DNA from: Auanema rhodensis
Taxonomy: Eukaryota; Animalia; Nematoda
DNA: 64,000 nucleotides
Reading direction: 5' to 3'
Assembly: GCA_964057225.1 (NCBI GenBank)
Contig: OZ059895.1
Coordinates: forward strand, 15,872,001 to 15,936,000
Notes under the pieces: generated by a model
Databases searched by the model: none
Seen by the model: only the letters and a program-made list of their open reading frames with translations
What the model was told of the DNA's origin: nothing
Made by a program: the position numbers and the translations under genes
Shown here: positions 15,001 through 28,217 of the stretch, piece by piece
How the letters are laid out: each line of letters opens with the position of its first letter
How positions within the stretch are numbered: position 1 is the first letter of the stretch

Positions 15001-18000
15001 TAAACCTCTTTTCCGGAAAAACCAAAGATCCTCGTCATTTCTCACTATGAAAATCAGATTCTACAGATCTGAATACTTCAGTTGAGTATATTCTTTTTGA
15101 AATATGTTTGATCAGGTTCGAGAAAAGCGGACATTCACCGAGCACAACGTGACTACAGCCTGAACTTTTTTGTGAACAATCTTTTGGATGGGCCGGATAT
15201 AAACCTCTTTTCCGGAAAAACCAAAGATCCTCGTCATTTCTCACTATGAAAATCAGATTCTACAGATCTGAATACTTCAGTTGAGTATATTCTTTTTGAA
15301 ATATGTTTGATCAGGTTCGAGAAAAGCGGACATTCACCGAGCACAACGTGACTACAGCCTGAACTTTTTTGTGAACAATCTTTTGGATGGGCCGGATATA
15401 AACCTCTTTTCCGGAAAAACCAAAGATCCTCGTCATTTCTCACTATGAAAATCAGATTCTACAGATCTGAATACTTCAGTTGAGTATGTTCGTTTTGAAA
15501 TATGTTTGATGAGGTTCGAGAAAAGCGGACATTCACCGAGCACAACGTGACTACAGCCTGAACTTTTTTGTGAACAATCTTTTGGATGGGCCGGATATAA
15601 ACCTCTTTTCCGGAAAAACCAAAGATCCTCGTCATTTCTCACTATGAAAATCAGATTCTACAGATCTGAATACTTCAGTTGAGTATATTCTTTTTGAAAT
15701 ATGTTTGATCAGGTTCGAGAAAAGCGGACATTCACCGAGCACAACGTGACTACAGCCTGAACTTTTTTGTGAACAATCTTTTGGATGGGCCGGATATAAA
15801 CCTCTTTTCCGGAAAAACCAAAGATCCTCGTCATTTCTCACTATGAAAATCAGATTCTACAGATCTGAATACTTCAGTTGAGTATATTCTTTTTGAAATA
15901 TGTTTGATCAGGTTCGAGAAAAGCGGACATTCACCGAGCACAACGTGACTACAGCCTGAACTTTTTTGTGAACAATCTTTTGGATGGGCCGGATATAAAC
16001 CTCTTTTCCGGAAAAACCAAAGATCCTCGTCATTTCTCACTATGAAAATCAGATTCTACAGATCTGAATACCTCAGCTGAGTATATTCTTTTTGAAATAT
16101 GTTTGATCAGGTTCGAGAAAAGCGGACATTCACCGAGCACAACGTGACTACAGCCTGAACTTTTTTGTGAACAATCTTTTGGATGGGCCGGATATAAACC
16201 TCTTTTCCGGAAAAACGAAAGATCCTCGTCAATTCTCACTATGAAAATCAGATTCTACAGATCTGAATACCTCAGCTGAGTATATTCTTTTTGAAATATG
16301 TTTGATGAGGTTCGAGAAAAGCGGACATTCACCCAGCACAACGTGACTACAGCCTGAACTTTTTTGTGAACAATCTTTTGGATGGGCCGGATATAAACCT
16401 CTTTTCCGGAAAAACGAAAGATCCTCGTCAATTCTCACTATGAAAATCAGATTCTACAGATCTGAATACTTCAGTTTAGTATATTCTTAGTGAAATATGT
16501 TTGATGAGGTTCGAGAAAAGCGGACATTCACCGAGCACAACGTGACTACAGCCTGAACTTTTTTGTGAACAATCTTTTGGATGGGCCGGATATAAACCTC
16601 TTTTCCGGAAAAGCGAAAGATCCTCGTCAATTCTCACTATGAAAATCAGATTCTATAGATCTGAATACCTCAGCTGAGTATATTCTTAGTGAAATATGTT
16701 TGATGAGGTTCGAGAAAAGCGGACATTCACCGAGCACAACGTGACTACAGCCTGAACTTTTTTGTGAACAATCTTTTGGATGGGCCGGATATAAACCTCT
16801 TTTCCGGAAAAACGAAAGATCCTCGTCAATTCTCACTATGAAAATCAGATTCTACAGATCTGAATACTTCAGTTTAGTATATTCTTAGTGAAATATGTTT
16901 GATGAGGTTCGAGAAAAGCGGACATTCACCCAGCACAACGTGACTACAGCCTGAACTTTTTTGTGAACAATCTTTTGGATGGGCCGGATATAAACCTCTT
17001 TTCCGGAAAAACCAAAGATCCTCGTCAATTCTCACTATGAAAATCAGATTCTATAGATCTGAATACCTCAGCTGAGTATATTCTTAGTGAAATATGTTTG
17101 ATGAGGTTCGAGAAAAGCGGACATTCACCGAGCACAACGTGACTACAGCCTGAACTTTTTTGTGAACAATCTTTTGGATGGGCCGGATATAAACCTCTTT
17201 TCCGGAAAAACCAAAGATCCTCGTCATTTCTCACTATGAAAATCAGATTCTACAGATCTGAATACCTCAGCTGAGTATATTCTTTTTGAAATATGTTTGA
17301 TGAGGTTCGAGAAAAGCGGACATTCACCGAGCACAACGTGACTACAGCCTGAACTTTTTTGTGAACAATCTTTTGGATGGGCCGGATATAAACGTCTTTT
17401 CCGGAAAAACCAAAGATCCTCGTCAATTCTCACTATGAAAATCAGATTCTACAGATCTGAATACCTCAGCTGAGTATATTCTTTTTGAAATATGTTTGAT
17501 GAGGTTCGAGAAAAGCGGACATTCACCGAGCACAACGTGACTACAGCCTGAACTTTTTTGTGAACAATCTTTTGGATGGGCCGGATATAAACCTCTTTTC
17601 CGGAAAAGCGAAAGATCCTCGTCAATTCTCACTATGAAAATCAGATTCTACAGATCTGAATACCTCAGCTGAGTATATTCTTAGTGAAATATGTTTGATG
17701 AGGTTCGAGAAAAGCGGACATTCACCGAGCACAACGTGACTACAGCCTGAACTTTTTTGTGAACAATCTTTTGGATGGGCCGGATATAAACCTCTTTTCC
17801 GGAAAAACCAAAGATCCTCGTCAATTCTCACTATGAAAATCAGATTCTACAGATCTGAATACCTCAGCTGAGTATATTCTTAGTGAAATATGTTTGATGA
17901 GGTTCGAGAAAAACGGACATTCACCGAGCACAACGTGACTACAGCCTGAACTTTTTTGTGAACAATCTTTTGGATGGGCCGGATATAAACCTCTTTTCCG

Positions 18001-21000
18001 GAAAAACGAAAGATCCTCGTCAATTCTCACTATGAAAATCAGATTCTACAGATCTGAATACCTCAGCTGAGTATATTCTTTTTGAAATATGTTTGATGAG
18101 GTTCGAGAAAAGCGGACATTCACCCAGCACAACGTGACTACAGCCTGAACTTTTTTGTGAACAATCTTTTGGATGGGCCGGATATAAACCTCTTTTCCGG
18201 AAAAACGAAAGATCCTCGTCAATTCTCACTATGAAAATCAGATTCTACAGATCTGAATACTTCAGTTTAGTATATTCTTAGTGAAATATGTTTGATGAGG
18301 TTCGAGAAAAGCGGACATTCACCGAGCACAACGTGACTACAGCCTGAACTTTTTTGTGAACAATCTTTTGGATGGGCCGGATATAAACCTCTTTTCCGGA
18401 AAAGCGAAAGATCCTCGTCAATTCTCACTATGAAAATCAGATTCTACAGATCTGAATACCTCAGCTGAGTATATTCTTAGTGAAATATGTTTGATGAGGT
18501 TCGAGAAAAGCGGACATTCACCGAGCACAACGTGACTACAGCCTGAACTTTTTTGTGGACAATCTTTTGGATGGGCCGGATATAAACCTCTTTTCCGGAA
18601 AAACCAAAGATCCTCGTCAATTCTCACTATGAAAATCAGATTCTACAGATCTGAATACCTCAGCTGAGTATATTCTTTTTGAAATATGTTTGATGAGGTT
18701 CGAGAAAAGCGGACATTCACCGAGCACAACGTGACTACAGCCTGAACTTTTTTGTGAACAATCTTTTGGATGGGCCGGATATAAACCTCTTTTCCGGAAA
18801 AACCAAAGATCCTCGTCAATTCTCACTATGAAAATCAGATTCTACAGATCTGAATACCTGAGCTGAGTATATTCTTAGTGAAATATGTTTGATGAGGTTC
18901 GAGAAAAGCGGACATTCACCGAGCACAACGTGACTACAGCCTGAACTTTTTTGTGGACAATCTTTTGGATGGGCCGGATATAAACCTCTTTTCCGGAAAA
19001 ACCAAAGATCCTCGTCAATTCTCACTATGAAAATCAGATTCTACAGATCTGAATACCTGAGCTGAGTATATTCTTAGTGAAATATGTTTGATGAGGTTCG
19101 AGAAAAGCGGACATTCACCGAGCACAACGTGACTACAGCCTGAACTTTTTTGTGGACAATCTTTTGGATGGGCCGGATATAAACCTCTTTTCCGGAAAAA
19201 CGAAAGATCCTCGTCAATTCTCACTATGAAAATCAGATTCTACAGATCTGAATACCTCAGCTGAGTATATTCTTTTTGAAATATGTTTGATGAGGTTCGA
19301 GAAAAGCGGACATTCACCGAGCACAACGTGACTACAGCCTGAACTTTTTTGTGAACAATCTTTTGGATGGGCCGGATATAAACCTCTTTTCCGGAAAAAC
19401 CAAAGATCCTCGTCAATTCTCACTATGAAAATCAGATTCTACAGATCTGAATACCTCAGCTGAGTATATTCTTTTTGAAATATGTTTGATGAGGTTCGAG
19501 AAAAGCGGACATTCACCGAGCACAACGTGACTACAGCCTGAACTTTTTTGTGAACAATCTTTTGGATGGGCCGGATATAAACGTCTTTTCCGGAAAAACC
19601 AAAGATCCTCGTCAATTCTCACTATGAAAATCAGATTCTACAGATCTGAATACCTCAGCTGAGTATATTCTTTTTGAAATATGTTTGATGAGGTTCGAGA
19701 AAAGCGGACATTCACCGAGCACAACGTGACTACAGCCTGAACTTTTTTGTGAACAATCTTTTGGATGGGCCGGATATAAACCTCTTTTCCGGAAAAACCA
19801 AAGATCCTCGTCAATTCTCACTATGAAAATCAGATTCTACAGATCTGAATACCTCAGCTGAGTATATTCTTTTTGAAATATGTTTGATGAGGTTCGAGAA
19901 AAGCGGACATTCACCGAGCACAACGTGACTACAGCCTGAACTTTTTTGTGAACAATCTTTTGGATGGGCCGGATATAAACCTCTTTTCCGGAAAAGCGAA
20001 AGATCCTCGTCAATTCTCACTATGAAAATCAGATTCTACAGATCTGAATACCTCAGCTGAGTATATTCTTAGTGAAATATGTTTGATGAGGTTCGAGAAA
20101 AGCGGACATTCACCGAGCACAACGTGACTACAGCCTGAACTTTTTTGTGAACAATCTTTTGGATGGGCCGGATATAAACCTCTTTTCCGGAAAAACCAAA
20201 GATCCTCGTCAATTCTCACTATGAAAATCAGATTCTACAGATCTGAATACTTCAGTTGAGTATGTTCGTTTTGAAATATGTTTGATGAGGTTCGAGAAAA
20301 GCGGACATTCACCGAGCACAACGTGACTACAGCCTGAACTTTTTTGTGAACAATCTTTTGGATGGGCCGGATATAAACCTCTTTTCCGGAAAAACCAAAG
20401 ATCCTCGTCATTTCTCACTATGAAAATCAGATTCTACAGATCTGAATACCTCAGCTGAGTATATTCTTTTTGAAATATGTTTGATGAGGTTCGAGAAAAG
20501 CGGACATTCACCGAGCACAACGTGACTACAGCCTGAACTTTTTTGTGAACAATCTTTTGAATGGGCCGGATATAAACCTCTTTTCCGGAAAAACGAAAGA
20601 TCCTCGTCAATTCTCACTATGAAAATCAGATTCTACAGATCTGAATACTTCAGTTGAGTATATTCTTTTTGAAATATGTTTGATGAGGTTCGAGAAAAGC
20701 GGACATTCACCGAGCACAACGTGACTACAGCCTGAACTTTTTTGTGAACAATCTTTTGGATGGGCCGGATATAAACCTCTTTTCCGGAAAAACCAAAGAT
20801 CCTCGTCATTTCTCACTATGAAAATCAGATTCTACAGATCTGAATACTTCAGTTTAGTATGTTCGTTTTGAAATATGTTTGATGAGGTTCGAGAAAAGCG
20901 GACATTCACCGAGCACAACGTGACTACAGCCTGAACTTTTTTGTGAACAATCTTTTGGATGGGCCGGATATAAACCTCTTTTCCGGAAAAACGAAAGATC

Positions 21001-24000
21001 CTCGTCAATTCTCACTATGAAAATCAGATTCTACAGATCTGAATACCTCAGCTGAGTATATTCTTTTTGAAATATGTTTGATGAGGTTCGAGAAAAGCGG
21101 ACATTCACCGAGCACAACGTGACTACAGCCTGAACTTTTTTGTGAACAATCTTTTGAATGGGCCGGATATAAACCTCTTTTCCGGAAAAACGAAAGATCC
21201 TCGTCAATTCTCACTATGAAAATCAGATTCTACAGATCTGAATACTTCAGTTTAGTATGTTCGTTTTGAAATATGTTTGATGAGGTTCGAGAAAAGCGGA
21301 CATTCACCGAGCACAACGTGACTACAGCCTGAACTTTTTTGTGAACAATCTTTTGGATGGGCCGGATATAAACCTCTTTTCCGGAAAAACCAAAGATCCT
21401 CGTCATTTCTCACTATGAAAATCAGATTCTACAGATCTGAATACTTCAGTTTAGTACGTTCGTTTTGAAATATGTTTGATGAGGTTCGAGAAAAGCGGAC
21501 ATTCACCGAGCACAACGTGACTACAGCCTGAACTTTTTTGTGAACAATCTTTTGGATGGGCCGGATATAAACCTCTTTTCCGGAAAAGCGAAAGATCCTC
21601 GTCAATTCTCACTATGAAAATCAGATTCTACAGATCTGAATACCTCAGCTGAGTATATTCTTAGTGAAATATGTTTGATGAGGTTCGAGAAAAGCGGACA
21701 TTCACCCAGCACAACGTGACTACAGCCTGAACTTTTTTGTGAACAATCTTTTGGATGGGCCGGATATAAACCTCTTTTCCGGAAAAACCAAAGATCCTCG
21801 TCAATTCTCACTATGAAAATCAGATTCTATAGATCTGAATACCTCAGCTGAGTATATTCTTAGTGAAATATGTTTGATGAGGTTCGAGAAAAGCGGACAT
21901 TCACCGAGCACAACGTGACTACAGCCTGAACTTTTTTGTGAACAATCTTTTGGATGGGCCGGATATAAACCTCTTTTCCGGAAAAACCAAAGATCCTCGT
22001 CAATTCTCACTATGAAAATCAGATTCTATAGATCTGAATACCTCAGCTGAGTATATTCTTAGTGAAATATGTTTGATGAGGTTCGAGAAAAGCGGACATT
22101 CACCGAGCACAACGTGACTACAGCCTGAACTTTTTTGTGAACAATCTTTTGGATGGGCCGGATATAAACCTCTTTTCCGGAAAAACCAAAGATCCTCGTC
22201 AATTCTCACTATGAAAATCAGATTCTATAGATCTGAATACCTCAGCTGAGTATATTCTTAGTGAAATATGTTTGATGAGGTTCGAGAAAAGCGGACATTC
22301 ACCGAGCACAACGTGACTACAGCCTGAACTTTTTTGTGAACAATCTTTTGGATGGGCCGGATATAAACCTCTTTTCCGGAAAAGCGAAAGATCCTCGTCA
22401 ATTCTCACTATGAAAATCAGATTCTACAGATCTGAATACCTCAGCTGAGTATATTCTTTTTGAAATATGTTTGATGAGGTTCGAGAAAAGCGGACATTCA
22501 CCGAGCACAACGTGACTACAGCCTGAACTTTTTTGTGAACAATCTTTTGGATGGGCCGGATATAAACCTCTTTTCCGGAAAAGCGAAAGATCCTCGTCAA
22601 TTCTCACTATGAAAATCAGATTCTACAGATCTGAATACCTCAGCTGAGTATATTCTTTTTGAAATATGTTTGATGAGGTTCGAGAAAAGCGGACATTCAC
22701 CGAGCACAACGTGACTACAGCCTGAACTTTTTTGTGAACAATCTTTTGGATGGGCCGGATATAAACCTCTTTTCCGGAAAAGCGAAAGAACCTCGTCAAT
22801 TCTCACTATGAAAATCAGATTCTACAGATCTGAATACCTCAGCTGAGTATATTCTAAGTGAAATATGTTTGATGAGGTTCGAGAAAAGCGGACATTCACC
22901 GAGCACAACGTGACTACAGCCTGAACTTTTTTGTGAACAATCTTTTGGATGGGCCGGATATAAACCTCGTTTCCGGAAAAACGAAAGAACCTCGTCAATT
23001 CTCACTATGAAAATCAGATTCTACAGATCTGAATACCTCAGCTGAGTATATTCTTTTTGAAATATGTTTGATGAGGTTTGAGAAAAGCGGACATTCACCG
23101 AGCACAACGTGACTACAGCCTGAACTTTTTTGTGAACAATCTTTTGGATGGGCCGGATATAAACCTCTTTTCCGGAAAAGCGAAAGAACCTCGTCAATTC
23201 TCACTATGAAAATCAGATTCTATAGATCTGAATACCTCAGCTGAGTATATTCTTTTTGAAATATGTTTGATGAGGTTTGAGAAAAGCGGACATTCACCGA
23301 GCACAACGTGACTACAGCCTGAACTTTTTTGTGAACAATCTTTTGGATGGGCCGGATATAAACCTCTTTTCCGGAAAAACCAAAGATCCTCGTCAATTCT
23401 CACTATGAAAATCAGATTCTACAGATCTGAATACTTCAGTTGAGTATATTCTTTTTGAAATATGTTTGATGAGGTTCGAGAAAAGCGGACATTCACCGAG
23501 CACAACGTGACTACAGCCTGAACTTTTTTGTGAACAATCTTTTGGATGGGCCGGATATAAACCTCTTTTCCGGAAAAACCAAAGATCCTCGTCAATTCTC
23601 ACTATGAAAATCAGATTCTATAGATCTGAATACCTCAGCTGAGTATATTCTTTTTGAAATATGTTTGATGAGGTTTGAGAAAAGCGGACATTCACCGAGC
23701 ACAACGTGACTACAGCCTGAACTTTTTTGTGAACAATCTTTTGGATGGGCCGGATATAAACGTCTTTTCCGGAAAAACCAAAGATCCTCGTCAATTCTCA
23801 CTATGAAAATCAGATTCTACAGATCTGAATACCTCAGCTGAGTATATTCTTTTTGAAATATGTTTGATGAGGTTCGAGAAAAGCGGACATTCACCGAGCA
23901 CAACGTGACTACAGCCTGAACTTTTTTGTGAACAATCTTTTGGATGGGCCGGATATAAACCTCTTTTCCGGAAAAGCGAAAGATCCTCGTCAATTCTCAC

Positions 24001-24826
24001 TATGAAAATCAGATTCTACAGATCTGAATACCTCAGCTGAGTATATTCTTAGTGAAATATGTTTGATGAGGTTCGAGAAAAGCGGACATTCACCGAGCAC
24101 AACGTGACTACAGCCTGAACTTTTTTGTGGACAATCTTTTGGATGGGCCGGATATAAACCTCTTTTCCGGAAAAACCAAAGATCCTCGTCAATTCTCACT
24201 ATGAAAATCAGATTCTACAGATCTGAATACCTCAGCTGAGTATATTCTTTTTGAAATATGTTTGATGAGGTTCGAGAAAAGCGGACATTCACCGAGCACA
24301 ACGTGACTACAGCCTGAACTGTTTTGTGAACAATCTTTTGGATGGGCCGGATATAAACCTCTTTTCCGGAAAAACCAAAGATCCTCGTCAATTCTCACTA
24401 TGAAAATCAGATTCTACAGATCTGAATACCTGAGCTGAGTATATTCTTAGTGAAATATGTTTGATGAGGTTCGAGAAAAGCGGACATTCACCGAGCACAA
24501 CGTGACTACAGCCTGAACTTTTTTGTGGACAATCTTTTGGATGGGCCGGATATAAACCTCTTTTCCGGAAAAACGAAAGATCCTCGTCAATTCTCACTAT
24601 GAAAATCAGATTCTACAGATCTGAATACCTCAGCTGAGTATATTCTTTTTGAAATATGTTTGATGAGGTTCGAGAAAAGCGGACATTCACCGAGCACAAC
24701 GTGACTACAGCCTGAACTTTTTTGTGAACAATCTTTTGGATGGGCCGGATATAAACCTCTTTTCCGGAAAAACGAAAGATCCTCGTCCATTCTCACTATG
24801 AAAATCAGATTCTACAGATCTGAATA
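1..24826. repeat. 199-bp tandem satellite DNA, ~125 copies, continues beyond the left edge of the window
   Basis: The unit (e.g. 110-308, TCAATTCTCACTATGAAAATCAG...GAAAGATCCTCG) recurs at an exact 199-bp period: ORF starts 309 and 24587 differ by 122x199. Units differ only by substitutions at a handful of sites. The array ends abruptly after ...AGATCTGAATA at 24826. Confidence 0.99.
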
Positions 24827-25376
24827 TCTGTATAGATCGATAGTCCACCTCTAATCATTTTGGACTTGTTCTGCTTGAGTTGTCAATCATATATATAATA
24901 CTTGACTACCATATTTTTTGAATATTGTTTCACAAAACACAATAACAATACGAAATCAAAAACCAATTTTTTTTTATTTAAAGCTGATTTTAGACTTTTC
25001 TCAAACTTTTTGAAAAGTAATTAATGTTTCATCGGCATAAATAATTAATGAGATCAGTCAAGGGTATCATTGATAAATTTAAAAGTTGTGAATTTTAAAA
25101 AATTCTATAAATAATTCATTTCGTAAATCATAAATATCGAAAAATTATATTTGAAATAGGAAATAGAATTTTTATTATTCGAATATAGTTAAAACAGCAA
25201 TAAAATACCAGTGTTGCAACATGGTCCATATTGAACTTGTAAATGAAATCAAGTGAAGACGTGTAATTCAAATGTAATGCATGCATGCATTGACTTTCGA
25301 TGCTCTTCAAGTATTGTGTCGTACCTATATGATGAAAATAGTTCTTGAAGCTTATGAACTGCCAACAGTCGTTCTC

Positions 25377-26790
25377 TCAGGTTCTTAAATATAAAACTTG
25401 AATAGATTTCATTCTTATGAAGTACCAACTGATTTTGACAAACTTGTTCCCAAAATCAATAAAAGCAGTACGATAGTCACGATGTCCAAGAACAAGTACA
25501 AAACTGTTTCCCAGTCCATGAGTTGAAAAAACCATCATACACCATTTCATTAATTCTGAAACATCGGTATATGAAGTTTGATAAACGTTTTATCTACCTT
25601 TGAGCAGATATCCTTTAATCAGTACTACTATAGGAATAATCATAAGAGCAATCGGAACAAATGTCTGAAATTAGAAGACAAATTTCCATTCAAAAGCGTT
25701 CAGAATTGAGATTGTACCTGAACTAAAAGTGCTCGAAGCAGAGATCGTTGAAGCATTTTCGTTCGTTCAGATAAAAATTTGCTTGAAGTATACAAGAATT
25801 GATAACAGAGTGCCAAACAAATGATGTAAACCATAATGAATAAGATGCACAATACGAATACTAAATAACAATATAATTCTATTCCTGGAACCACAGCAAC
25901 ATCCGGTGTTTGCAATAAAGCAAAATATTCTGATGCGCAAATATTGTATCCCTTAAACATGCTGGAGTATATGACGACAGTCATGAGGTTACTACTTGAA
26001 AATGTTGCAACTTGATTTGATAGCTGCTAGACATAGTAGCCATTCCACAAGCAGCCCCAACAATCCATCCATTATACATTATAAAAGTTATAAAAGCATC
26101 GAATCGATCATTGAAATACATAACGTGATATGTTGGAAGTACTGCTCGTGTTCGATATTTCAACATATTCAAGTAAACGCCTCCTGTTTCTATAATTATG
26201 ATTTCATATATGAGCAATTACTTGAATAAATCTTGCCAATCAAAATTGCTGCCCAGACATAATAAACCCAATTAGCTGGGATTCCTGTGCCAGCTAGTGC
26301 TCCTAATTGACGAAATGCAGCATAGTCACTATATAACTGTACGAGGAAACAGATACAAAAGACGAAATCATTACTTAAGAAACTGATATAATCAAGTAGT
26401 GAAATGCACGAAAAACAGTAAAATCTTACCAAATCAGATGAAATAACAAAATATTTTTATAAGTCTGCATAGCTTTCGATGAATGATTGTAGACTATATA
26501 GAAGGTTAGAATAAATGCAACACAGTTAATACCAAATACTATATACTGTGAAATAATATATGAATGCATTTCTTCATATTCTAACTTCATACACATCTTT
26601 CAACAAAAATAGGAATAATGTCAATTTGACAAAGTAATTATAATGAATAGTTAGCAGTTTTGAGATAAAATGCCAATAGTTAGTCAATATGATGAGAGAA
26701 GGAATATATGATTTACAATCCTTGTATATGTATATAGTTAATCTGAATGAAATCAAATGAAAACTTCTCTTAGAACATATCAATAATGAA
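25377..26790 (-). CDS. Nematode serpentine (7TM) chemoreceptor, Srh/Sri-like (Str superfamily); multi-exon, 5' end uncertain (may extend to ~27000)
   Basis: Spliced exons give ...LGALAGTGIPANWVYY.. / ..LNMLKYRTRAVLP.. / ..LSERTKMLQRSLLRALLVQ / TFVPIALMIIP.. / ..MMVFSTHGLGNSFVLVLGHRDYRTAF. The S-x-x-T-x-x-LQ..AL..Q and STHG...H..YR motifs are typical of Srh/Sri receptors. Short GT-AG introns. Confidence 0.8.
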
Positions 26791-27521
26791 CTATTTATGA
26801 TATATTCTGCAATGGCATCGCAAATCTTTCGAAAGTAACATAATCAGAAACACCTACTATGAGTGAAGCAGAGCATAATATTCAGTGAAAACATAAATAA
26901 AACATAAGATTTCAATATCAGTTTGTTTTAAAAAACGAAACTCACTTAAGCTTTAAAGCTGCAGGCTTAACATATGAATCAAAGATTGTTTTTTTACATT
27001 TTCCTAATATGATATTTGGATCAATGTATGCGAAACAGATGAGATTCACAAGATGAAGACAACAAGCATGCCAGATTTAAGTATAATTAACATATTTGGG
27101 AAAATACAAATGTTTTTCACATCCTAGATCATTTTGAGAATAGTAAGTTTCTTTTAAAAATTGTATAATATGAACAGAAACCAATAATAATATTAAATAA
27201 CCGAATGAAAAGCATCTGTATTCAGTTTTTCACGTGGACATTCATGTAAAATGTATGAAAATTTGTTTTTCATCTTTACATTTCTATGTCGTAACTATCA
27301 ACATTATCATATTAAACTCATTGTAGACATGCAGAGCAGCGTTGTATAAGTAATTGATGATTTAGTAAATTCTTTATTGATGCAAATGTATTATAAACAT
27401 CATAATTTCAATTTCAACTCTTATTATAACAATATAAATCTTCTGTATAATAAATAAATAAATGTTGTACATCATCTCGATCTATCTCATTTCTGATCAA
27501 CAGATATTTGAATATTTAGTG

Positions 27522-27575
27522 AATCAAAGAACACATTTACGGATAATTTAACCCTGCTGATACTCACCACTACCA
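27522..27575 (-). pseudogene. Decayed, internally deleted terminal unit of the 727-bp array, including a tRNA-Asp fragment
   Basis: AATCAAAGAACACATTTACGGATAATTTAACCCT resembles the spacer AATCAAGGAACAATTTTACTGATAATTAACCCT. It is followed by GATACTCACCACTA (27559-27572), an exact 14-nt piece of the tRNA D-arm, which then joins the intact array. Confidence 0.7.
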
Positions 27576-27811
27576 CGCTACACGTTATCAGAATACCAAC
27601 GTTACGATTCTAAGTCTCTCCCTTAGCTTCAATCATCACAATTTCCTGAAAAGAAAAATTGTAGTATAGAAGTAATTTTATAACATGAAGAACAACCGGT
27701 CAAGTGCTATTATAATTCAAAAATGAAGTGAGCGTGTGGATGTACGTGGATCTCACGTGATGCTTTCAAGATATTCTAATCACCAAACATGAAATTTATA
27801 CTAGAGATTGT

Positions 27812-27973
27812 AAGGGACGCGCGAACGCATCCCCAAACGCAAAAATTTAGCTGTTGGCGAATCTCAACTCGAGATTGCCATACAGGTCAGCCCAATCGAA
27901 AAGTGCAATGATCAGGCCTCTTCGTAGAGAGCCCGCCTTGATGATCGCGGGCAGCTCCCAGCCAGGTAAGTTT
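27812..27973 (-). ncRNA. U1: U1 spliceosomal snRNA, copy 1
   Basis: The minus strand reads AAACTTACCTGG (5' splice-site pairing), then SL1 GCCCGC-GATCATCAAG-GCGGGC, SL2 with the U1A loop ATTGCAC, SL3 TGGCAATCTC-GAGTT-GAGATTCGCCA, the Sm site AATTTTTG, and SL4 GGGATGCG-TTCG-CGCGTCCC. The 3' end is uncertain by a few nt. Confidence 0.97.
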
Positions 27974-28014
27974 AATGGTCAACTCAATGAGTCTAACAGG
28001 CCATACCTTATTTA

Positions 28015-28034
28015 GTATCTCATATGGGTTTCAC
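28015..28034 (-). promoter_or_regulatory. Putative snRNA proximal sequence element (PSE) of U1, repeated in each unit
   Basis: GTGAAACCCATATGAGATAC lies at about -61 to -42 from the U1 start. Both the position and the GAACCC-like core resemble the C. elegans snRNA PSE. Inferred, not demonstrated. Confidence 0.5.
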
Positions 28035-28217
28035 TTCTTTTTAATATATGAACTTGAGGGAAAACATTCGGAATGTCTTTGATTGCAACTCATGTGGGAA
28101 AACCTGTAATCATATTAAAAACCATCCTGTTCACGACCAATTCGCCAATCAAGGAACAATTTTACTGATAATTAACCCTCAGGGCATTACATGGAAGGAT
28201 ATAAATCCAAGTGGTGC

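Noticed and set aside
309-24796. Over 100 repeated 69-aa ORFs (MRIDEDL...) as a tandem protein gene family
   Set aside because: They start at GTG, overlap the next copy, are broken by stops in many units, and the variants are mostly non-synonymous. They are a by-product of the 199-bp period.
1-24826. CRISPR array, SL RNA/5S repeat or piRNA (Ruby motif) cluster
   Set aside because: There are no unique spacers, no SL leader (GGTTTAATTACCCAAG-like), no 5S similarity and no CTGTTTCA motif.
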